The position numbers and the translations under genes are program-made. Shown one piece after another: positions 48,234 to 58,144 of a DNA stretch of 64,000 nt. This stretch comes from a virus. Taxonomy: Duplodnaviria > Caudoviricetes. The DNA lies in IMG/VR virus record IMGVR_UViG_3300033070_001371, positions 1-64,000 of that record. One strand, given 5' to 3'. The stretch's first letter is position 1. Each line of letters opens with the position of its first letter. The notes beneath the pieces were generated by a model, which worked only from the letters and a program-made list of their open reading frames with translations, was not told where the DNA came from and made no database searches.

Positions 48234-48931
48234 TCGTCCTCCACGTGGCCTTCCGGCCGAATAGGATCGTCTGCGGAATCAGTGGCGTAGTGCGGACCCT
48301 CCTCTGCCCGCGCCTGAGATCGAGCCAAGATGTCGTCGAAGACGGCACGGTCTTCGGGCGCCATCTCGTTTGGGTCAACGATCAACGAGCTGTCCGTCTG
48401 CACGACGGGCGGACGACGCACAGGTGGCGAGACATAGTCATCTACCAGCTCCTCCGCACCCTTTTCGGAGCCGCCGTACGCCGGTACGACAGCTGCCGCC
48501 ATCGGCATGTGAGGGTGTTGCCCCGCGATCATGAGCGCAGGCGAAGACGCAGCCTGCTTATCGAGGACTCGATGCTTAGGGGCGGGCGGAATCAGTTGCG
48601 GCGGAGCCACCGGCCGAAACATGTCGTTCTTCTTCGGCGGAGTCGGCGATGGGGCCGGACGGGGCGCGGGACGAGACACAGGCGCCGCCTGCGCCTGACC
48701 CGTAGCGCGCTGCGTGGGAGCCGCTGGGCGCTGGACAGGCGGAGGCGCCGCAGGTTCTGGCGGCGCCGTGTCCATGTTCTTGACGAGCACGAGCAGCTCG
48801 ATCTTGCCAGGCTCAGTGCTCTCGTTCTTGAACACGAAGTTCTCGTATTCCGGCGCGACAACGAAACCCTTGGTCTGCATGTAAACGGCCAGCGCCTTGA
48901 TGACGTCGCCGTGTTCGAGTTCCATACGCAT
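48230..48931 (-). CDS. Hypothetical protein with a Pro-rich disordered region
   Basis: Coupled to the SNF2 gene (TAATG) and to the nuclease gene (ATGA). Confidence 0.6.
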   Translation of the reverse strand: MRMELEHGDVIKALAVYMQTKGFVVAPEYENFVFKNESTEPGKIELLVLVKNMDTAPPEPAAPPPVQRPAAPTQRATGQAQAAPVSRPAPRPAPSPTPPKKNDMFRPVAPPQLIPPAPKHRVLDKQAASSPALMIAGQHPHMPMAAAVVPAYGGSEKGAEELVDDYVSPPVRRPPVVQTDSSLIVDPNEMAPEDRAVFDDILARSQARAEEGPHYATDSADDPIRPEGHVEDE

Positions 48932-50976
48932 TACTCAATGACCTCCACGTCGGCGACGGGGCGCGCGACGTTCGCAGCGTACTTGCACTTCGCCCGAAAG
49001 GGGAGGATCTCGTCGCGCGCGCAGGTCGTTTGCCGGTCGCACCCCGCGCACGCAATCAGGTCAGTCAGGGTCAGCGTGATGCTCTCCTTGAAGAGCAGGA
49101 CCTGCGCGACGTAGCGATCGAGACCCCACGACGCGTCTGAGGTGAGCAGGCGGTAGACCGTCATCGCCCGGTGCTGGCCTGGGCGGTTGTTGCGGTCCTG
49201 TGCCTGCCGGTATTGGAGCGGGTCCCACGGCAGCGAGTAGAAGATCGTGTAATTCGCAGCTGTGAGCGTGATGCCGATGCCGGTGCTGACCTGCCCGATG
49301 TAGACACGGCACTTCGGGTTGTCCTGAAAACGGTCGATGCGCTTCTGGCGCGCGAGCGTCTGGCCATCGACGCGCACGTAGTCGATGCCGAGGGCCTTGG
49401 TCGCGGCTTCGAGGTCGTCGAGCTCCTCGGTCAGGTTCGCCCAGACGATGATCTTGTTGGTCTCGTCCGTCTCCAGGATCAGCGCGAGCTGCTCCTTGAA
49501 GAGGTCGAGCTTGGGGTTCTCGATGTCGCGCAGCACGCGGCGCTCAGGCGTCGACTGCACGACCTCACACTTCTTGGTGTACGGGCGGATCTTCGCCGCA
49601 ACGCACGCATCCATGCGCGGGCACGCGTCGCAGATCGAGTAGTCGGCGCCCTGGATCACGAAGCCAGAGAGGACCTGGAGCATCTTGTTGACGCGCGTCG
49701 CGCCGTGCGGGAGGCGCACAGACTGACGCTGCGCCGCGAACTCCTCGGTGACGCGCGACGGCTCGGCGTAGAGCAGCTCCGGCGTCACAGACATCGCCAT
49801 CTCCATAACGAGCTCGTTGTAGCGGGCACGCTGCGCGACGCCGAGGTCGAAGTGCAGGTCGACGGTCGTGACCGGTGGCAAGTCGAGGCAGTCGGCCTTC
49901 TTCATGCGGAGCGCAACGCTGCGGAAGCGCTCGTTGAGCTCGTTGAGGAAACGGAAGCCAACGACAACGTGCTTGTTCTTCGGCGAGTAGACGACGTGGT
50001 GCTCCTCGAACTTGTGGTACGGGAGCGGCACGAGCGCCGGGGAGAGGAAGTAGAGCTGGCCGTAGAGCTTGCGCGGGTCGTCGCCGGGCGTGCCGCTCAG
50101 GCAGTAGCGGCGCACGGCCTTGGCTGACAGCTCGATCGCGGCCTGGGTCTGCCCCGAGGCCCAGTTGCCGAGGTAGTGACTCTCGTCCGCGACGATCGTG
50201 TCGTAGTCGAGGTTATAGAGCGGGTGGGACGCCGCGCGACGTAGCCGCGCTTCGGCCTCAGCGGTGAGAGGCGCGAGCTTGTAGCGCTCGCGCTGCGCGG
50301 GGGTGATCGCGAGCTCGCGCTCGGCGTCTGTCGCAGCCTCGCGCTCCATGCGCACGCGGGTGTATGACGCAAGCACGACGTCGGCGGTCTGCGCCGCCGC
50401 CTCGGCCTCGGGCGTGCCATCCCAGATGACGGCATTCCACGCGCCGCGCGAACAACGTACGACCTCGCGGGCCCAGGACTCCAGCACGACGGGCGGCCCA
50501 AGGATGAGCGCCCGACGGAACGCGCCCTGCGCGCGAAGCACGCGAAAAGCGTCGATCGCAGTGCGCGTTTTCCCGGTGCCCATGTCCCAGTCGAGGAACG
50601 AGCGCCACCAGTGGACCAGTCTCGCAATTCCCAGACGCTGGTGGATGTACGGCGTAAAGCCAGGGGTGAAGAAGTCATCACCAACAGGAAGAGGTGCCGG
50701 CGCGCGGGCCGTCCACGCAGCTTCGGCGGCAGCCCAGGCTTTGTCGGCAGCACGGACAGCAGCCAGATGATCGCGCGCAGCGTCATCCCAAGGTGCCTGG
50801 GGCATGAGCTTGCGCAAGTCCTCGAAGACCCACTTCGCAAACGGGAAGTAGGCTGGAAACAGCCACGCGCTGTCAGCGTGCACGCCGCCCCACGCGCGTG
50901 CGAGGAACGACTGCTCGGAGGCGGCGACGCGAAACACAGGGATAGCCTTTCTGAGAAGGGTGCCCGTTACGAGCAT
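48931..50976 (-). CDS. SNF2-family helicase/translocase with two Cys4 motifs
   Basis: DMGTGKT, DESH, LSGTP, GIGITLT, QAQDRNNRPGQ; AAGGAG Shine-Dalgarno. Confidence 0.88.
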   Translation of the reverse strand: MLVTGTLLRKAIPVFRVAASEQSFLARAWGGVHADSAWLFPAYFPFAKWVFEDLRKLMPQAPWDDAARDHLAAVRAADKAWAAAEAAWTARAPAPLPVGDDFFTPGFTPYIHQRLGIARLVHWWRSFLDWDMGTGKTRTAIDAFRVLRAQGAFRRALILGPPVVLESWAREVVRCSRGAWNAVIWDGTPEAEAAAQTADVVLASYTRVRMEREAATDAERELAITPAQRERYKLAPLTAEAEARLRRAASHPLYNLDYDTIVADESHYLGNWASGQTQAAIELSAKAVRRYCLSGTPGDDPRKLYGQLYFLSPALVPLPYHKFEEHHVVYSPKNKHVVVGFRFLNELNERFRSVALRMKKADCLDLPPVTTVDLHFDLGVAQRARYNELVMEMAMSVTPELLYAEPSRVTEEFAAQRQSVRLPHGATRVNKMLQVLSGFVIQGADYSICDACPRMDACVAAKIRPYTKKCEVVQSTPERRVLRDIENPKLDLFKEQLALILETDETNKIIVWANLTEELDDLEAATKALGIDYVRVDGQTLARQKRIDRFQDNPKCRVYIGQVSTGIGITLTAANYTIFYSLPWDPLQYRQAQDRNNRPGQHRAMTVYRLLTSDASWGLDRYVAQVLLFKESITLTLTDLIACAGCDRQTTCARDEILPFRAKCKYAANVARPVADVEVIE

Positions 50977-51003
50977 GTGTTACTCCTTTCGGTTGGAGAC
51001 GAG

Positions 51004-52731
51004 ATGACCATCGACGGCGGAATCGGAATGGGCTTCGACGACACGCTGCTGGGCTTCGGCGGACGGCACGCGGCGTCGCATCCGAACCCGATGTTTGACT
51101 ACCTGACCGGGTTTGTGCCCCGAAAGCTGAAGGACCTGTTCAAGTGGGCAGAGTACCTCGGGTTCCACTCAGCGCACGTCTACGGCGTCGTTCGCAAATT
51201 CGGCGAGTACCCGATCACGCGCTTCATCTACGAGTCGAACTCGGAAGAGGAAAAGTCGCGCCACAAGAAGCTCTTCGAGGAAGACCTTCGGCTGAAGGGC
51301 TTCCTGACGCTGGTGAGCTACGACGTGTGGCTCTATGGCAACGCGTTCGTCTCGGTCTACGAGCCGATCAAGCGCGAATTGGTATGCCCGCACTGCGGAA
51401 CGAAGGAAGACGTCGCGGCTGCGACGTACAAGTTCAACCTCTCGAAACTCCAGTTCACGCACGACTGCAAGCAGTGCAAGCGCAAGGCAGTGGAATCGGC
51501 AGTCGAAGACTACAAGTTGAAGGATTCGACGAAGATCACGCTGATTCGGTGGGACCCGAAACTGATCGACATCGAGCACAATCGCGTCACGGGTGAAAGC
51601 GTCTACTACTACCAGATCCCGCGCGATGACGTGTCGAAGGTGCGGGCGGGCAACAAGACGTTCATCAACCACATGCCGATGGAGATCCTGCGCGCGATGC
51701 AGGAGCGCAAGACGTTCCGCTTCGGCGATGGGTCACTCTACCACCTCAAGATGCCTGGGCCAGCCGGGGTGCAGGCACAATGGGGCTTTCCGCCGATCAC
51801 GAGCGCGATCAAGAACTTCCTCTTCACCGCGGTGCTTCGTCGCGCAAACGAAGCCATCGCGTTGGAACACATTACGCCGTTCAGGATCATCCACCCGCTC
51901 GCGGCGAGCGGTCAGGGAGACCCGATCACGACCATCCCGCTCGATCGTTGGAAGACGGAGATGGAGCGAAACTGGCGGCTCTTCCGACGGGACCCGCTGC
52001 GCATCCAGTTCTCGCCGGTTCCTGTCGGTGTACAGAACGTCGGAGGCGAAGGTCGCGCGCTTCTCACGCTCGGCGAGCTTCAAGAAGCCGAGAAGTCAAT
52101 CGTGCTTTCGCTTGGCGTGCCGATGGAGTTCCTTGCGGGCGGCCTCGGACAGACGCGCGGCGAGATCACGCTCCGCATGATCGAGAACCAGCTCCAAACG
52201 CACATCGAGAACTTGAACTCACTCGTGCAGTGGGTCGAGCGCAAGGTCGCGCTGTTCATGGGGTGGCAGTCGATCAAGATGCGACTCGCGGACTTCAAGA
52301 TGATCGACGACGTCGAGAACAAACAGCTCAAGATTCAGCTGTGGCAGAGCCAACTGCTCTCGAACACGACGATGGCCGAGATGCTCGACATCGACCTCGA
52401 CCACGAGCGTAAGCAACGACGCGAGGACGCGCTCGCCGACGCGCGCGCCGAGCAGGAAACGCAGGTCGCACTCAAGAAGCTCCAGCAGTCGCTGTCAACG
52501 CAGGCGCAGAATCAGGCACTCCAGTCCCAGGGGGGCCTCGCGTACGACCAACAAGCAATCATCGCCAAGGCGCAGCCGATCGCCGAGGAGATGGCGCAGT
52601 ACGACGCAGGCACCAAGCGCTCGCGGCTTGACTCACTCAAGGGTGAAGACTTCATTATGTACTGCGTTACCAAGGAGCTGCTGGAGCAGATGCAGCAAGA
52701 CCAGATGGCATCAATGAAGGCGCAGGGCTGA
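51004..52731 (+). CDS. Portal protein with a Zn-ribbon insertion
   Basis: YGNAFV, IRWDPKLI, HLK...WGFPP, IVLSLGVPMEFL pattern; CPHC...CKQC insertion; start at 51004 or 51028. Confidence 0.72.
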   Translation: MTIDGGIGMGFDDTLLGFGGRHAASHPNPMFDYLTGFVPRKLKDLFKWAEYLGFHSAHVYGVVRKFGEYPITRFIYESNSEEEKSRHKKLFEEDLRLKGFLTLVSYDVWLYGNAFVSVYEPIKRELVCPHCGTKEDVAAATYKFNLSKLQFTHDCKQCKRKAVESAVEDYKLKDSTKITLIRWDPKLIDIEHNRVTGESVYYYQIPRDDVSKVRAGNKTFINHMPMEILRAMQERKTFRFGDGSLYHLKMPGPAGVQAQWGFPPITSAIKNFLFTAVLRRANEAIALEHITPFRIIHPLAASGQGDPITTIPLDRWKTEMERNWRLFRRDPLRIQFSPVPVGVQNVGGEGRALLTLGELQEAEKSIVLSLGVPMEFLAGGLGQTRGEITLRMIENQLQTHIENLNSLVQWVERKVALFMGWQSIKMRLADFKMIDDVENKQLKIQLWQSQLLSNTTMAEMLDIDLDHERKQRREDALADARAEQETQVALKKLQQSLSTQAQNQALQSQGGLAYDQQAIIAKAQPIAEEMAQYDAGTKRSRLDSLKGEDFIMYCVTKELLEQMQQDQMASMKAQG

Positions 52732-52732
52732 G

Positions 52733-53143
52733 ATGGAAGATTGGATGGAACGACAACGGGCCGCCCGCGAAGAAGCGCAGCGCGGACCGCGCTCGGGCTT
52801 CGCAGAGCCCGCCGAGGAGCGTCCCCGCCGAATGAAGGTCTTCCATGAGACCTACTCAATCTTCCGCCCATGGCAGGGCTGCCAGCGTTGCAAAAAGGCG
52901 ATCGAAGAGAACGACACGCTAGTGCCCGAAGAGGGTGACTACGTCTGCCCTCACACCCGTCACGCCGAGTACATCACGCTGATGAACCGATTGCGCAACG
53001 CGGACAACGCTGGGCCGTGGAAGCTCCAAGCGCGCGAGTTCTCGAACGACCGAGGCGAGATCTTCGTTACGATCGCGTGGGAAGAACCCGAAGAAGCGCA
53101 AAACGAAGCGCGAGCGCGCCCCCGAGGCGTGCCGCGTCTGTAG
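52733..53143 (+). CDS. Hypothetical protein (CxxC...CxH)
   Basis: Follows the portal gene by 1 nt. Confidence 0.6.
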   Translation: MEDWMERQRAAREEAQRGPRSGFAEPAEERPRRMKVFHETYSIFRPWQGCQRCKKAIEENDTLVPEEGDYVCPHTRHAEYITLMNRLRNADNAGPWKLQAREFSNDRGEIFVTIAWEEPEEAQNEARARPRGVPRL

Positions 53144-53167
53144 CGCGGCACGCCCCGAGGCGAGCGG

Positions 53168-53530
53168 TCATCTCTCCGGGACGAGCGTCAGACCAAGGGC
53201 CTTGAGCGCGGGTTCCGCCTCGGCGGTGTAGAGCGCGTACTTACCGTCGTAGTTGTACACGAAAATGGCGCAGCCGTGCCGCACGTTCACAAGGGCGTAG
53301 CCTTTGTTGAGTAGCGTACCCTGCGAATGCTCGCCCGGCGGCTCGGGCGCGCGCTGCGCGTACGGCGAGTAGTCCAAGAGCTGGATCACATCTTCTTCGG
53401 CGATCGTACTGAGGTACTGGGCGGGTGGCTTGAGGTCGTTGATGTATGTGCCGTGGCACTTGAACGTGAACATCAACGATGTCCTACAACGAAGATGACG
53501 AACCGGAAGACCGAACGGATCAACATGCAA
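53168..53530 (-). CDS. Hypothetical protein (start uncertain; possibly MFTFKC near 53473)
   Basis: The only plausible ORF in the gap; protein-like composition. Confidence 0.45.
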   Translation of the reverse strand: MHVDPFGLPVRHLRCRTSLMFTFKCHGTYINDLKPPAQYLSTIAEEDVIQLLDYSPYAQRAPEPPGEHSQGTLLNKGYALVNVRHGCAIFVYNYDGKYALYTAEAEPALKALGLTLVPER

Positions 53531-53584
53531 CTCTCCTTTGGCGAGCAGAAGGGCTCACCACGGGCTTTTACCGCGTACAGACGC

Positions 53585-53596
53585 TAGACTTCGCAT
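53585..53596 (+). promoter_or_regulatory. Putative -10 box (TAGACT) of the RNAP gene, with an adjacent TTTACCGCGT site
   Basis: TAGACT, then 6 nt, then GTG at 53597; the motif site is at 53567-53576. Confidence 0.55.
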
Positions 53597-56500
53597 GTGA
53601 TGAACGAGCTCACGCCTGTGCTCACCAGCGCGACCACGCTGCGCGAGAAGCTGCACAACAAGACGACCCAGGCCCTGACGGCCGCGTTCCCGCTCGACCT
53701 GAAGGGACGAACATTGGAAGTCAAGGACGTGCGTGTGCACGGGCAAGACTACGGACCAGCTGAAGAGTACGCGGCGATCACCAAGGGCTCATCGCTGTAC
53801 GAGCCGGTCAAGGGTACGCTCATCCTCAAGGATGCGCACGGCAAAGTCGTCGATGAAGCAAAGAACTTCACCCTCGTGCATGTACCGTTTCTGACGGCAC
53901 GCCACACCATCATCGCCGACGGCAACGAATATCAAGTCGCCAACCAGCTGCGACGCAAGCCGGGTGTATACACACAGCGCGCGGACAACGGCGAACTGAA
54001 GACCGTGTTCAACCTCGGACGAGGCAAGAACTTCGATCTTGCCTTCAACCCGGACAAGGGCACGTTCCACCTCCAGTACGGCACATCAAATCTGCCCCTT
54101 TACGCCGTATTGCGCGGCCTCGGTGTCGAGCACAACCAGATCGCCAAACACCTCGGAGAGGGTGTCGCCAAGGCCAACGAAGAAGAGCACGGACATCAGG
54201 TCGCGACCACCATCAGCAAACTCTATGCGAAGCTGGAACACCCTGCCGTCATGGACGCCAACGCGCCGCACGAAGCAAAGATCGAAGCCGTGCGCAAGCG
54301 CTACGACCAATCGACGCTGGACCCCGAAGTCACAACCGTGACGCTCGGGGCCCCTCACGCCAAGGTCACGCCCGACGCGCTGCTCGTGGCCGCCAAGAAG
54401 ATGCTCGACGTGCACGCAGGCAGGACGCCAGTCGACGACACCGACTCGCTGAAGTTCAAGACGTTCCACGCGCTAGACGACTTCGTCGCGGAGCGCATCC
54501 GTCTAACGGCGCGCCAGTGGGCACCCAAGGCCAAGATGGCGCTGACGGGCAAGACTGTGATCCGCGACGCGCTCAAGCCGGCGCCGTTCTCGGACTCGAT
54601 CCGAAAGTTCCTGACAACGTCCTCGCTCTCCAGCGTGCCCACCGGCATCAACCCGATGGAGATCATCGACCACGCCGTGAAGGTGACGAGCCTCGGCGAG
54701 GGTGGCATCCCATCGGACCGCGCGATCCCGATGGACGCACGCATGATCCACAACACGCACTTCGGCGCGCTCGACCCCATCCGCACGCCGGAGTCGAATC
54801 ACTCCGGCGTCGACATCCGCGCAACGATCGCCGCGCACCGCGACGACAAGGGCAACCTGTACACCGTTTTGCGCAACGTAAAGACCGGCAAAGACGAGTT
54901 TGTGCGCGCGGGCGATCTACACAAGTACGTCGTCGCGTTCCCGCACCTGGAGCTGAAGGGCACGGTCGACGCGTTCGTCGACGGCCACCAGACGCGCGTA
55001 CCGGCGTCGCGCGTGACGCACCAGCTCGGGCACGTCAAGCACCTCTACTCCCCGGCGACGTCGCTGATCCCGATGATCCACTCGATCCAGGGCAACCGCG
55101 CCATCATGGGGTCGAAGATGGGTACGCAGGCTCTGCCGCTTGTCGAGCGCGAGGCTCCGCTCGTCCAAGTCATGTCGCACCACCCTGACGGCCACTCGTT
55201 CGAGGCGATCTACGGGCACATGATCGTGCCGACCGCGCCGGTCGCAGGCACGGTGGCGAAGGTCGACGACCAGTTTGTGTACATCAAGCCGCACGCCGAG
55301 AAGCGGAGCGCAGCGGGCGACGCAGCCCTGGTCAAAGTGCCCTACTACGAAAAGTTCCCGTTTCCGTCGAAAACGTTTCTTGATCACGCCGTTGACGTGA
55401 AGGTCGGCGACAAGGTCGAAGAGGGTCAGCGCCTCGCGGAATCGAACTACACGCGCGACGGCGTGCTCGCGCTCGGCAAGAACCTGCGCGTCGGCTACCT
55501 GCCGTACTACGGGTACAACTCCAACGACGCGGTCGTGATCTCCGACGCGGCGTCGAAGAAGCTGACCAGCGAACACATGTACCGCGAGGTCTTCCCGCTC
55601 GGCACGGGCATCGAGCTGAACCGCGCGAAGCACCATCTCTACTACGGCGCGAAGTACCCCGCGCAGATGTACAGCAAGCTCGACGAGGGGGGCGTCATCA
55701 AGAAGGGCGCGAAGGTCGACCCGAAGGACCTGCTTGTCGCGGGCCTGATGAAGCAGGCCGTGACCGGCACCGACGCGATGCTCGGACGCCTCGGCAAGTC
55801 ACTCGTCAAGCCGTTCAAGGACATCGCGCTCGTGTGGGACCACGGCGTGCCAGGCGAAGTCGTGGACGTGGTGCGCGCGAGCGGCCAGATCACGATCCTC
55901 GTGAAGACGCGCGAGGCCATGCAGGTCGGCGACAAGCTCGCGGGCCGCTACGGCAACAAGGGCGTCGTCGCAAAGATCGTCCCGGACCACGAGATGCTGC
56001 GCGACGAGCAGGGGCACCCGCTCGACCTGCTGCTCACCTCGGCCGGCGTCGTCTCACGCATCAACCCGGCGCAGGTCATCGAGACGGCCGTGGCGAAAGT
56101 CGCGGACAAGACCGGCAAGCCGATCGTTTACGACAACGCAGCGGGGCATAACGCCGTAAAGTGGGCGCGCAATCTGATGCGCGAGCACGGCGTCAAGGAC
56201 AAGGAGGAGCTCTACGACCCGGTGCTCCAGCGCAAGGTCGTGGGCGCGGACGGCAAGGGCGTGCTCGTCGGCAAGCAGTACATCTACAAGCTGTTCAAGA
56301 GCACCGACACCAACTTCGCCGGGCACGGCGTCGGGCCGTACGACCTCAACGAGCAGCCACTCAAGACCGGCGGCGACGAGAGCGCCAAGGGCCTCGGCAA
56401 AATGGAGTTCGACGCGCTGCTCGCGCACAACGCACGCAACTTCCTGCGCGAGGCCGCGACGGTGCGCGGCCAGAAGAACGACGAGTACTGGAAGGCCGTG

Positions 56501-58144
56501 CAGACGGGGCTACCGCTGCCGGCGCCAAAGCCGTCGTTCGCGTTCAACAAGTTCCTCGGGCTGCTCGAAGGCTCAGGCGTCAAGGTCGACAAGCGCGGCT
56601 CAAAGTTCGCGCTCCTGCCGATGACCGACAAGGACGTGCTCGCGCGCAGCGCGGGCGCGATCGAGCACGGCGCGACGGTGCGCGCGAAAGACCTCAAGCC
56701 CGAGACCGGCGGCCTGTTCGACCCGCGCAAGACCGGCGGCACGCAGGGCACACTCTTCGCGCACATCGACCTGCACGAGCCGGTGCCGAACCCAGTGTTC
56801 GAGGAGCCGGTGCGGCGCCTGCTCGGCATGACCGAGACGAAGTTCAAGGAAGCGCTCCGCGAGCACGGCGGCACTTGGTTTCGTTCGGAGCTCGCGAAGA
56901 TCGACGTGCCGCGAAAGCTGCGCGAGCTGCGCGAGCAGCTCAAGAACGCCAAGGGCCCCGCGCTCAACGACGTGGTCAAGCAGATCAAGTACCTCGAAGC
57001 GCTTCAGGCCCACAAGCTCGGACCCGCCGAGGCGTACGTGATCAGCAAAGTGCCGGTCATCCCTCCGGTGTTCCGTCCAATTCAGCCCGGTGTGCGCGAC
57101 CCTTCGCAGCTGATGGTCGCCGACGCGAACAAGCTCTACGGCCAATTGTTCGACTCGAACAAAACGCTGAAGACGACGGCCGTCGCATCCGACTTGGGCA
57201 AGCACCGCCAGGACCTCTACGAAAAGATGGAGGAGCTGTACGGCACGACGCTGCCGCACGATCCCAAACTCCAGCAACAGAAGGTCAAGGGGCTGCTTGC
57301 ATCGGTAGCCGGTGTTGGCTCGCCGAAGGGTGGCTTCTTTCAGCGCAAGCTGATGCGCCGCACGCAGGACGTCTCGGGACGTGGCACCGCTGTGCCTGAC
57401 TCAAACCTTGGGATGGACGAGGTCGGCATCCCCGAGCCGATGTTGTGGCAATCGCTCGACAAGTTGATCGTCGCGCGCCTGATCCGCACCGGTTACCCCG
57501 CGCTTCAAGCGCGCGAGATGGTGAACGCGAAGGCGCCAGCCGCGCGCGACGCAATGCTCGCCGAGGTGCGAGACCGCCCAGCGATCATCAACCGGGCGCC
57601 GACGCTGCATCGAGGCTCGATCGTCGCCGCGTACGCCAAGCCCGTACCCGGCAAGACGATCCGCGTCTCGTCGTTCACCGAGAAGGGCATGAACCTGGAC
57701 TACGACGGGGACACCTTGCAAGTGCACTTCCCGATCGGCGCTGAGGCTGTCGAGGACGCCAAGAAGATGACGCTGAGTAACATGTTGCTCAGCGACCAGC
57801 AGCGGGACAAGCTGATGGTGTTCCCGCAGCACGAGGCGATCATCGCGTTCACGCTGGCAGCGAAGCACACGACGCCGACGGGTCCTGTACGGAAGTTCAA
57901 GACCCGTGAAGACGCGCTCGCAGCGTATCGGCGCGGAGAACTGAAACTCTCCGACGCCATCGAGATCGAGAACGAAAAGCGCGCCGAAGCCGAAGCGCTT
58001 GCAGACGGCTTCGGAATGGGCGCGGAGCTCGATGTACCGTTCTATCCCGTCGAGCCCGACGAAGCGCTATCCTACTTCCCGCCAGAGCTGCTCACGGGCG
58101 AAGGCGACGAGGACGAGGACCCCGATGTTCGACTTCTTGAATGA
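53597..58144 (+). CDS. Multisubunit RNA polymerase, beta fused to the N-terminal half of beta'
   Basis: Beta motifs QLRRKPGVY, DPIRTPE, NRAIMGSKMGTQA, GYNSNDA, GDKLAGRYGNKG, GKMEFDAL; beta' motifs KPETGGLFD, HIDL, PVIPPVFRP, SGRG, NRAPTLHR and the catalytic NLDYDGD. Confidence 0.93.
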   Translation: MMNELTPVLTSATTLREKLHNKTTQALTAAFPLDLKGRTLEVKDVRVHGQDYGPAEEYAAITKGSSLYEPVKGTLILKDAHGKVVDEAKNFTLVHVPFLTARHTIIADGNEYQVANQLRRKPGVYTQRADNGELKTVFNLGRGKNFDLAFNPDKGTFHLQYGTSNLPLYAVLRGLGVEHNQIAKHLGEGVAKANEEEHGHQVATTISKLYAKLEHPAVMDANAPHEAKIEAVRKRYDQSTLDPEVTTVTLGAPHAKVTPDALLVAAKKMLDVHAGRTPVDDTDSLKFKTFHALDDFVAERIRLTARQWAPKAKMALTGKTVIRDALKPAPFSDSIRKFLTTSSLSSVPTGINPMEIIDHAVKVTSLGEGGIPSDRAIPMDARMIHNTHFGALDPIRTPESNHSGVDIRATIAAHRDDKGNLYTVLRNVKTGKDEFVRAGDLHKYVVAFPHLELKGTVDAFVDGHQTRVPASRVTHQLGHVKHLYSPATSLIPMIHSIQGNRAIMGSKMGTQALPLVEREAPLVQVMSHHPDGHSFEAIYGHMIVPTAPVAGTVAKVDDQFVYIKPHAEKRSAAGDAALVKVPYYEKFPFPSKTFLDHAVDVKVGDKVEEGQRLAESNYTRDGVLALGKNLRVGYLPYYGYNSNDAVVISDAASKKLTSEHMYREVFPLGTGIELNRAKHHLYYGAKYPAQMYSKLDEGGVIKKGAKVDPKDLLVAGLMKQAVTGTDAMLGRLGKSLVKPFKDIALVWDHGVPGEVVDVVRASGQITILVKTREAMQVGDKLAGRYGNKGVVAKIVPDHEMLRDEQGHPLDLLLTSAGVVSRINPAQVIETAVAKVADKTGKPIVYDNAAGHNAVKWARNLMREHGVKDKEELYDPVLQRKVVGADGKGVLVGKQYIYKLFKSTDTNFAGHGVGPYDLNEQPLKTGGDESAKGLGKMEFDALLAHNARNFLREAATVRGQKNDEYWKAVQTGLPLPAPKPSFAFNKFLGLLEGSGVKVDKRGSKFALLPMTDKDVLARSAGAIEHGATVRAKDLKPETGGLFDPRKTGGTQGTLFAHIDLHEPVPNPVFEEPVRRLLGMTETKFKEALREHGGTWFRSELAKIDVPRKLRELREQLKNAKGPALNDVVKQIKYLEALQAHKLGPAEAYVISKVPVIPPVFRPIQPGVRDPSQLMVADANKLYGQLFDSNKTLKTTAVASDLGKHRQDLYEKMEELYGTTLPHDPKLQQQKVKGLLASVAGVGSPKGGFFQRKLMRRTQDVSGRGTAVPDSNLGMDEVGIPEPMLWQSLDKLIVARLIRTGYPALQAREMVNAKAPAARDAMLAEVRDRPAIINRAPTLHRGSIVAAYAKPVPGKTIRVSSFTEKGMNLDYDGDTLQVHFPIGAEAVEDAKKMTLSNMLLSDQQRDKLMVFPQHEAIIAFTLAAKHTTPTGPVRKFKTREDALAAYRRGELKLSDAIEIENEKRAEAEALADGFGMGAELDVPFYPVEPDEALSYFPPELLTGEGDEDEDPDVRLLE

